IMG/VR virus record: IMGVR_UViG_3300030103_004079
Length of the DNA stretch: 64,000 bases
Source: an uncultured virus (IMG/VR IMGVR_UViG_3300030103_004079)
Taxonomy: Duplodnaviria > Heunggongvirae > Uroviricota > Caudoviricetes
Strand: one strand, 5' to 3'
Shown: positions 57,343 to 64,000 of the stretch, piece after piece
Numbering within the stretch: position 1 is the stretch's first letter
Layout: the number at the start of each line of letters is the position of its first letter
The notes under the pieces: generated by a model
The model's input: only the letters and a program-made list of their open reading frames with translations
What the model was told of the DNA's origin: nothing
Database searches by the model: none
Made by a program: the position numbers and the translations under genes

Positions 57343-58680
57343 TCATTGTATGTTTGTTATTTTTCCTTGTCCTCTAAAAAATGAACATCCTACTTCACCA
57401 ATTGTTCTGTATAATGCCCTGTTACCTAGAGTTCCAACACCGAATGGATTTCCGTTAGCAATACCATCTTCAAAGTATTGAGTTGGCTTCATAACGGATA
57501 GCCATAGGTGGTCTGTATCAAGGAATAATAAATCGCTTAGTTTTGTTGAAGCACTACCTGTTTGGCACATATCCTTTACAGGAATAAGTGGCAAATCATA
57601 ATAAGTAGCAACTCTAAATCCAACTTCTTGACCCTTTGTTCCTCTAACACCGTTTACGGTTGGTACGATTTCTTTTCTGTCCATGAATCTTTCTTGACTT
57701 TGTAACAAGTCAGCGATTGCTTGAATAGTATCATATCCAGTTAGAATAACCTTTGGAGAACCACCGGCTAGTCTTAGGTTTCTAATCATATCGTTAAGTC
57801 TTGTTAGAGTTAGTGAACGAACATCACCACTAGCATATCCACTACCAAAGTCTACTTCTGCATCAAGGAAAGAAGCGGCAGTAAATCTCTCTCTACCGTA
57901 AATTTTTCCTAGTGCGTTAGAAGCGGAAGCGGTATCAGTTGCGATAACTCCGCCATCAATTGCTAGTAGTTCTGCTCTTGAAGTAATAACCTTGTTTAGA
58001 GAAGTATAGTTGTTACCGATATTTGGCATAGCGGATGATTCACCATAATGCTCTAGTGGCATAACCAACATTTTGTTTTGAACTTCTGCATGGTGCTTAC
58101 CCATATCTTCACGCATTTGCGCTCTAATATCGCCAATACCATCATCAATTTGTGCCATTTCCATAGCAAGTTCACTGAAATCAAATTGGTGTGCAACTAC
58201 TTTAGGACTCATGTTAAGTTGTGCATAAGTTGGTGCAATTGGGCCAAGTCCATCAGCCGCAGTTGAAAGTCCTGCGTTTTCAGGAACACCACCGATAAGG
58301 TCTGCTCTTGGGCTATCCGAACCTAATTCTCCTAGTGTTGCATTACCTGTTGCATCAACAGTAAACAAGTTACCGCTTCCACCGGCAGGTCGTGATTGTA
58401 GAACTCTCCATCCGCTAGAACTGTAAGGTCTTTTTGAAATCATTGAAAGAGCATTAACTTCTCTATTCAACATAGACCATACTTTCTGTCCGTAAACAAT
58501 GTTGTAAAGTGCTGATACATCACTGACAGCACTACCGGAGAATGCCGGAGAACCATCATGTCCTGTGTGTATTCCACCAATAGCACCGGCTTGCTTCAAA
58601 AGAGCGTTACCGGCAGGTAGATTGTTTATTCCATATGTGCTTGCTTCTAAATCTGCGATTGTATTAATATAACCTGTCAT
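57343..58680 (-). CDS. Major capsid protein (HK97 fold)
   Basis: Follows protease/scaffold; PKVVAHQFDFSELA spine-helix pattern; C-terminal QGKITNI. Confidence 0.85.
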   Translation of the reverse strand: MTGYINTIADLEASTYGINNLPAGNALLKQAGAIGGIHTGHDGSPAFSGSAVSDVSALYNIVYGQKVWSMLNREVNALSMISKRPYSSSGWRVLQSRPAGGSGNLFTVDATGNATLGELGSDSPRADLIGGVPENAGLSTAADGLGPIAPTYAQLNMSPKVVAHQFDFSELAMEMAQIDDGIGDIRAQMREDMGKHHAEVQNKMLVMPLEHYGESSAMPNIGNNYTSLNKVITSRAELLAIDGGVIATDTASASNALGKIYGRERFTAASFLDAEVDFGSGYASGDVRSLTLTRLNDMIRNLRLAGGSPKVILTGYDTIQAIADLLQSQERFMDRKEIVPTVNGVRGTKGQEVGFRVATYYDLPLIPVKDMCQTGSASTKLSDLLFLDTDHLWLSVMKPTQYFEDGIANGNPFGVGTLGNRALYRTIGEVGCSFFRGQGKITNIQ

Positions 58681-58681
58681 C

Positions 58682-59374
58682 TTAAATTCCTCCTACCATT
58701 TTGTGAATGTCCGACCAATCCATGTTAGCCATCTCATCCATACTTGGGAGTTTAATTGCGGATTCTTCTTGTGCCTTTAGGATAGTTTCCTTTTCTGCTG
58801 TCAAAGATTTCCTTAGTTGTGTAAATTCATCCTTAAGAGAAGCAATCTCGCTTTGTGCATCATAGTTTGCTTTTGCGATTGTGTTTTCTCTTTGTGAAAC
58901 TTCTCTTGAGAATCTTGCTTCAAAAGACTTCTTTAGGTTGTCATAAGCAAGTGTTTCAAGTTGTTCTTGTCGGAAAGCCTCATATGCTTTCTCAATGTTT
59001 CCAACTGACAAATCTAGTGTGTCAAATTCACCGTTACCAAAAGCCTTTACGACTGGCATATCGGAGGAAGTTGGTTTACCATTGTTAATTACAATACGGT
59101 CAGCAGGTTCTCCAATTTGGTTTCCTGCACCATCAAGAGTTCTTAAGTAAGCCTTTGCTTCTTCATCTTGATATTCGCCCATTTCTGTTTCATCAGACTC
59201 TTCCATGTCTTCATCAGCCATTTCGTAGTCTCCTCTTTCCATGTCATCATCAGCCATTTCTGTTTCTTTCATGCCTTTCTCATCGTCTAGCAACTCTTCT
59301 TCTTTACGAAGCGTATTTACTTCTTCTAGCAAAGTATCTAACTCCGCTAATGCTTTTTCTAGTTTTTCACTCAT
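58682..59374 (-). CDS. Nested in-frame scaffolding protein (internal start)
   Basis: AGGAGA RBS then ATG (MSEKLEK) at the protease/coil boundary. Confidence 0.6.
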   Translation of the reverse strand: MSEKLEKALAELDTLLEEVNTLRKEEELLDDEKGMKETEMADDDMERGDYEMADEDMEESDETEMGEYQDEEAKAYLRTLDGAGNQIGEPADRIVINNGKPTSSDMPVVKAFGNGEFDTLDLSVGNIEKAYEAFRQEQLETLAYDNLKKSFEARFSREVSQRENTIAKANYDAQSEIASLKDEFTQLRKSLTAEKETILKAQEESAIKLPSMDEMANMDWSDIHKMVGGI

Positions 59375-59908
59375 GTTTATTTCTCCTTTATCTTGTTTCA
59401 AAATATCGAATCTCGCTTCGGGGTTAATTCCTTTTTCGCATATAGTAATTTCATGCAACTCTAACTTGCTGATTTCGTTATACTCACCCAAGTTTTCACT
59501 ACTTTTTTTTACTTTTTGGAGGGCTTGTCCTCCTATGCTAAAAGACCTCAATGACCCTTTGCGAATGTTTCTGCCAACTTCTTTGGCTTTTTCTATATCG
59601 TCTCGTAGTTTAATTACTACAAAGAAACCAACATCATCTACTTCAGATTTCCAAAGCCTTCCTGTGCTGTCTCTATAAGAATCTACAACTTCTCCAACTT
59701 GAACATTGGAATGATTTGTCATAACATTTCTAAATTTAGAGTCTCCCATAAATTTAGTAACTGCTTCATTAAGTGCCTTTAGTGTGATTAAGTCGTTTTG
59801 CTTATCAACTATTTCTATGCTAGCATATCCGCCAATCATTAAATCATCAGTGCTAGCCTTGAGGATGGAGAACCCATCATTTCTCGTTGCTAATACTGCC
59901 GATGACAT
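58682..59908 (-). CDS. Prohead protease fused to scaffold
   Basis: GGYAS..VDKQND, MTNH, SFSIGG, LHEITIC..GINPEA; acidic coiled-coil C-terminal half; start reset to ATG 59908. Confidence 0.88.
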   Translation of the reverse strand: MSSAVLATRNDGFSILKASTDDLMIGGYASIEIVDKQNDLITLKALNEAVTKFMGDSKFRNVMTNHSNVQVGEVVDSYRDSTGRLWKSEVDDVGFFVVIKLRDDIEKAKEVGRNIRKGSLRSFSIGGQALQKVKKSSENLGEYNEISKLELHEITICEKGINPEARFDILKQDKGEINMSEKLEKALAELDTLLEEVNTLRKEEELLDDEKGMKETEMADDDMERGDYEMADEDMEESDETEMGEYQDEEAKAYLRTLDGAGNQIGEPADRIVINNGKPTSSDMPVVKAFGNGEFDTLDLSVGNIEKAYEAFRQEQLETLAYDNLKKSFEARFSREVSQRENTIAKANYDAQSEIASLKDEFTQLRKSLTAEKETILKAQEESAIKLPSMDEMANMDWSDIHKMVGGI

Positions 59909-59937
59909 TTCGCTCAAAAGGAAAAAATTTTCTTTTG

Positions 59938-59945
59938 ATATATAA
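59938..59945 (-). promoter_or_regulatory. TATA box candidate for the capsid operon (near-leaderless transcript)
   Basis: TTATATAT about 30 nt upstream of ATG 59908, which has no SD. Confidence 0.5.
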
Positions 59946-59967
59946 TACACACGGTTATTTTAAACGA

Positions 59968-62526
59968 TTAATCCTCTTTTGGAGGTAATTTGAGAACGCT
60001 ATATTTATCTTCGTAAATATTCCATAGCCCTTTATCTGCATCAGCATCAGCAGGTTTCTGTTCATAGCCTGTCCATGCTAACCACATTTCTTTTCCTTTA
60101 ACCTCAAGCATTCTAACATGAAGTTTGGTTTCAAATTTATTTCCATCTAAGAAATATTCATGGTAGCCCTCCTTTTGAACACCTAATTTGACATCGCCAC
60201 TATCAATTAATTTACGCTTAGAAATATTCTTAGCAACAATAGCAGGGAACTTACCTGCCTTTCCAAACAATTCAAACACATCGTCTTGTGAATCTAATCT
60301 AACCATCCAGTTGATGTTTTCATCACCTAATTTCATTACTATGTTTAAGTTATCATCATCTCTAAGATATATCTTGAATTCACCACTTCTGTATTTTTCG
60401 GGAGTTTTATATTCTTTTTTGATAGTGTCCATCAATATTTTGTCATTGTCTGCAAATAACTTCTTTGTTTTAGCATCAAAAGATATTCCATCTCTATTTT
60501 CAAACCAATCTTTAACTCGACTCTCTTTACTATCTAAAATAGTTTGATAGTCATTTTTGTGGTTCACAGTTAAAAAATTATGAATTTTTTTAGCGGTTTT
60601 TGCACCCTTTTCTTTTAAGAAATTAAATATAGCAACAGTAAGTTTAGATTGTTTTGTTTTCATTATTTCTTCTGCTTGTTCTTTCCACAGGTCTAAATCC
60701 ATTAGTGCATTCTTAGCCATTAAGTTATCTTCTTCAAACCCATAGATAGTAAAGCCATCCATATCTCCTTTAATTATAATATTGGCTTCGCCGTGAATAT
60801 GGTCAGAAACTACAATACCTTTCTCTACTTCTTCTACATTATATTTCAAAGACTTATCCGTATCATTAATTAGCATTTGTAGAGTAACTAACTTATCCGG
60901 TGTTTTACTTTCAGCGATTTCATTTATCTTTGCTGAATAAACAACTGGCTTACCCTTAACTTCTTTTACTTTATCAATAGAAACTCTAACAACTTCTCCG
61001 ACATCTGCTGAAACTTTAGTATTAGTAGCACTACCTACATTAAGATAGTTTACGCCTTCTATTTTTTCACCGCCTTCTTCAACTGGCCCTGCTCCTAACT
61101 TGTAAGAAAAGTTAGAACCACTCTTTTTCTTATCAAGCACAATTAAATCTAATTCAACAAAGGGCTTCCATCTAATCCACTTAGGATTTTTCTTAGTTCC
61201 CAAGAAGTATGTAGAAGTCGCATCTTTAATCATAGCCCCTTCTGCTGTCGGCATTTCCATAATTTTCTTAGCATATTCTTCAACATCTTTTAGATTGTCT
61301 GCGACTCTAGTGTCTTTTTTAGATGGGAATGTTAAGTCTTCACTAGAATGTATAGAGTAGTTGTTAAACATTATCTGCATTCTGTTTTGTAGTGTATCTT
61401 CCATAAGGTTTTCTTCATTGTGTCTCATAATGTCAAATACATGAATTCTTGGTTTGCCCTCTCTTTTTCCTTCTAGGTATTCTACTACCTCTTTTCTTTT
61501 TAACGAATCTTCACCATCAAATAAAACTAAAGAAGCATCTAAGATGCAATCGCCAAAATGTTTTTTCTTTAGTTCTTCAATTGCCTCTTTACACTTTGAT
61601 GTAATATCTTTACCTGTATAATCATAGGCTTTTATATTTTTATCTATTTTATGCAATTGAATTCTAAATCCATCATACTTTTCTTGAACATAAAACTCAC
61701 CACTAAATCCTTTTAGTTCATTCATGTCTTCTATTGTAAATATTCTATACATTGGTTTGTTAGGGACTATGAAATCACTTTGGGCTTTTTCTTCATCGGA
61801 TTTCTTTTCTTTTAGAATAATCTTACTATCTTCTTTTTTATCATCCTTTTCGTCTTTAGCCTTAGCCTCGTCTAAATCTGTATCTATATCTTCTAGTTCA
61901 GCCCATTCTTCTTTAGTATTCTTAGATAAGAATATTAATTCTAACATATTCATAGCGGCCTTTACTTTAGACTCCACCTTTTTAGAATCTTTATCGTCGC
62001 CATAATGTTCTATGATGTAAAGTGCCACATCATCAACTTCTAAGTCTAGCCCAGTTAAACCCTCAGTAATGTCATCGGGCTTCATATCTTTAATTGAATA
62101 TGCTTCTTTAGGTAGGGCTTTATCATCTTCTCTAATAGCATAGTGAACAAACTTAATCATAAGTTCGGGTGATTCCAATAATGCTTCTAATACATTACCT
62201 TTGAATTTTTTAGCAAAAGGGTCACTGACTTCTTCCGAAGAATATCTTAGTGCTTTAATTCCTTGATATAATTTTTCGGCATTGTTTGTTATTGGGTCGG
62301 AAACATCATTTGATTCTAATAAGTCCTCATCAATATAATCCTTGAGTTCATTTGAAAGAGCATCTGTCATTTCATATGCTTCTTTAATTTTATTAACCGC
62401 ATTTCTCCATTTAGAACCGTATTCCTTTGGGTCGGTTCTTGCTGAAAGATAAGCAACTCTTGTTCTTTCAAAGAGTCTTAGAATATCTGTGGATATTGAC
62501 TTATCCTTCTCAATAAGAAGTGGCAT
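59968..62526 (-). CDS. Second ATP-dependent ligase-like protein in the head module
   Basis: QEKYDGFRIQLH, ILDAS, FDIM, EGAMIK, WIRWKP; long N-terminal extension; C-terminal LigD-phosphoesterase-like fold. Confidence 0.85.
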   Translation of the reverse strand: MPLLIEKDKSISTDILRLFERTRVAYLSARTDPKEYGSKWRNAVNKIKEAYEMTDALSNELKDYIDEDLLESNDVSDPITNNAEKLYQGIKALRYSSEEVSDPFAKKFKGNVLEALLESPELMIKFVHYAIREDDKALPKEAYSIKDMKPDDITEGLTGLDLEVDDVALYIIEHYGDDKDSKKVESKVKAAMNMLELIFLSKNTKEEWAELEDIDTDLDEAKAKDEKDDKKEDSKIILKEKKSDEEKAQSDFIVPNKPMYRIFTIEDMNELKGFSGEFYVQEKYDGFRIQLHKIDKNIKAYDYTGKDITSKCKEAIEELKKKHFGDCILDASLVLFDGEDSLKRKEVVEYLEGKREGKPRIHVFDIMRHNEENLMEDTLQNRMQIMFNNYSIHSSEDLTFPSKKDTRVADNLKDVEEYAKKIMEMPTAEGAMIKDATSTYFLGTKKNPKWIRWKPFVELDLIVLDKKKSGSNFSYKLGAGPVEEGGEKIEGVNYLNVGSATNTKVSADVGEVVRVSIDKVKEVKGKPVVYSAKINEIAESKTPDKLVTLQMLINDTDKSLKYNVEEVEKGIVVSDHIHGEANIIIKGDMDGFTIYGFEEDNLMAKNALMDLDLWKEQAEEIMKTKQSKLTVAIFNFLKEKGAKTAKKIHNFLTVNHKNDYQTILDSKESRVKDWFENRDGISFDAKTKKLFADNDKILMDTIKKEYKTPEKYRSGEFKIYLRDDDNLNIVMKLGDENINWMVRLDSQDDVFELFGKAGKFPAIVAKNISKRKLIDSGDVKLGVQKEGYHEYFLDGNKFETKLHVRMLEVKGKEMWLAWTGYEQKPADADADKGLWNIYEDKYSVLKLPPKED

Positions 62527-62532
62527 GAAACA

Positions 62533-63003
62533 TCACTTTTTCATAAACTTTATTTCTTTGATAGTATAGTCTTCCGAATCTCCTCTAGTAGATTCAGCAT
62601 AAACAATTAAATCTATGGGGATAATAAAAGCAGGTCTGTATGATGAACTAGAAGAACTTTTTACTTTACCAAATTCTTTTTCAATCATATCCTGTAGTTC
62701 CTCAACTGCTCCTGTTTTACCAACAAATTTTTCTATATTTAATTTTCTTGAACTAGATTGTTTCTTTAAACTCTCACCGGCTAAACCATACCCTTCTTTC
62801 TTTTGAGTTTGATTAGTAATCTTAGAAGCATCTTGTACCTTTGGCCTCTTAATCTTCTCAACTTCGGGGTCAGTATCTATTTCCAATACTTGAGTAGGTT
62901 CTATATTCATTCTCTTTTTTGCGCTTAATTCTTCCTTAGCCTTTCTTGCTTTTTCAATAGCGAGGCTAATTATTTTTTCTTGTCTTGTAACTTTTTCCGG
63001 CAT
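62533..63003 (-). CDS. Hypothetical head-module protein
   Basis: ORF in late operon. Confidence 0.65.
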   Translation of the reverse strand: MPEKVTRQEKIISLAIEKARKAKEELSAKKRMNIEPTQVLEIDTDPEVEKIKRPKVQDASKITNQTQKKEGYGLAGESLKKQSSSRKLNIEKFVGKTGAVEELQDMIEKEFGKVKSSSSSSYRPAFIIPIDLIVYAESTRGDSEDYTIKEIKFMKK

Positions 63004-63007
63004 AATA

Positions 63008-63301
63008 TCATCTCAGTGTAAAAAATAAGTTTTTGTTGTTAGAATGAATTTTAAGATAGCCCATGTCAGCATATAATTTATTTGCTATTTCTTCCGCTTT
63101 TTCTGGACTCATTTCTAATGCGTCAAGAGGAACAATAGCCATAGTCATATTCGGTGATTTCGCATCTCTTTCTATTTCGGGGTCTGCAATTTCTTCAAAC
63201 AATTTTTCATATTCTTTCATAGAAAGATTATCATTTTTTGGCACTTTATCTGCTCTTGGATTCTTAATCGGTGGCATTTTTAACACATCTTCCCAACTCA
63301 T
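63008..63301 (-). CDS. Hypothetical head-module protein
   Basis: Begins MSWEDVLK. Confidence 0.65.
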   Translation of the reverse strand: MSWEDVLKMPPIKNPRADKVPKNDNLSMKEYEKLFEEIADPEIERDAKSPNMTMAIVPLDALEMSPEKAEEIANKLYADMGYLKIHSNNKNLFFTLR

Positions 63302-63302
63302 T

Positions 63303-63551
63303 TTATTGACCCCCTACCTTTTCTACCATCTTATGAATGTCTTTCCATTCCATGTTGCCTACATCTTTCAATGGAGAACCACCAATAGTTCCGTTGTTCA
63401 TTCTTGGAGTTGGACTGTCTACAACAACATAACCCGACTTCATTAGTAGGTTATCGTCATTGTAAACTGCTTTCTCTAAACTCTCTATCTTAGCACTAAG
63501 GGCTTTGATAATCTCAAGTAGTTCTTCATTAATTGTATTTTCTTCACTCAT
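63303..63551 (-). CDS. Mini-scaffold-like protein
   Basis: C-terminal NMEWKDIHKMV matches scaffold NMDWSDIHKMV. Confidence 0.7.
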   Translation of the reverse strand: MSEENTINEELLEIIKALSAKIESLEKAVYNDDNLLMKSGYVVVDSPTPRMNNGTIGGSPLKDVGNMEWKDIHKMVEKVGGQ

Positions 63552-63910
63552 CTCTTTTCCTCCTTTGATGGATATACTAAATCTCGTAGTTGTCTGTAAA
63601 GCAATTCATAGTCCTTACGAAGTTCCGTAGCCGAAGCGACTATATCTACATTCCGTTCATCCATAGACTTCATTTTCTTTGTAAGTTTTTTATCGGACTT
63701 AACTAATTTAACATCTTTTAATGCTCTAATTAATTCACCTAATTTAGTAAAGTCTTGACCAAAAAATTCTGTTGGTTGTGCGGCTTGTAGTGTTTTCTTT
63801 AGACGCTTAGTTTGTTTCTTATCTAGTGTGTCTAATATATTCTTCTTTACTTTTTCTTCTTTCTTTATGGTAAATTCTTTACCTTCTTCATAATAATCCC
63901 ATGTCATCAA
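63548..63910 (-). CDS. Hypothetical head-module protein
   Basis: Coupled ORF, Lys-rich. Confidence 0.65.
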   Translation of the reverse strand: MMTWDYYEEGKEFTIKKEEKVKKNILDTLDKKQTKRLKKTLQAAQPTEFFGQDFTKLGELIRALKDVKLVKSDKKLTKKMKSMDERNVDIVASATELRKDYELLYRQLRDLVYPSKEEKR

Positions 63911-64000
63911 TCTTCCTCCTCAAATAATTCCGGTGATTCTTCTTTCAATCTTTTGAGTCTTTCTTTTTCTTTTTGGTCTGCTTCTTCTTTTTTCTCTTCT
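63907..64000 (-). CDS. 3' end of an ORF truncated by the window edge
   Basis: Open frame ...KERLKRLKEESPELFEEED-stop. Confidence 0.5.
   Translation of the reverse strand, partial: EEKKEEADQKEKERLKRLKEESPELFEEED

Larger units (their letters stand above)
1..64000. mobile_element. Segment of a tailed archaeal virus genome (probable magrovirus, Marine Group II host)
   Basis: Archaeal-type replisome (PolB, PCNA, RFC, AEP primase, MCM-like, ERCC4, TFB) together with HK97-type capsid, protease and tail genes; GGAGG/GGTGA ribosome-binding sites; no host housekeeping operons; convergent early/late arms. Confidence 0.9.

Noticed and set aside
33570..63446. Plus-strand ORFs in the late arm (e.g. 43194..43652, 52021..52530, 59241..59678)
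   Set aside because: Antisense shadows of structural genes
1..64000. Cellular chromosome or integrated provirus
   Set aside because: No host genes, integrase or att-like junction visible in the window

Overview
This is a 64-kb AT-rich, gene-dense segment of a tailed (HK97-fold, siphovirus-like) archaeal virus genome. Gene content and layout fit the magroviruses of Marine Group II Poseidoniales, but that assignment is an inference from recalled gene content, not a search result. There are two convergent arms meeting at a hairpin/T-tract terminator at ~31.9 kb. The + strand arm (0.1-31.9 kb) carries host-takeover and replication genes: SF1 helicase, UV-glycosylase-like protein, TFB, a Ubl/E1/JAB set, GroES/GroEL, PC4-like and histone-fold proteins, DNA ligase, RFC subunits, SSB, recombinase-like ATPase, PCNA, a split PolB, Cas4-like nuclease, fused primase, ERCC4 nuclease, MCM-like helicase and a DEDD exonuclease. 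The - strand arm (32.1-64 kb) carries morphogenesis genes: a second ligase, prohead protease/scaffold, major capsid protein, adaptor, tail tube, frameshifted tail chaperones, tape measure and a 2830-aa tail protein. Terminase and portal are not visible in the window. The strongest candidates for undescribed systems are (1) a virus-encoded ubiquitin-like conjugation kit (Gly-Gly Ubl, minimal E1, JAB protease and a possible Cys-carrier next to TFB) and (2) an Arf-like small GTPase plus membrane-protein cassette between head and neck genes, a possible egress or membrane-remodelling module. Also notable are a structured non-coding region at 645-840, a capsid-targeting-like motif shared by the scaffold and a small head-module protein, and micro-gene cassettes with a 23-bp direct repeat inside the split polB. 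All calls come from motif reading by eye; no databases were searched.
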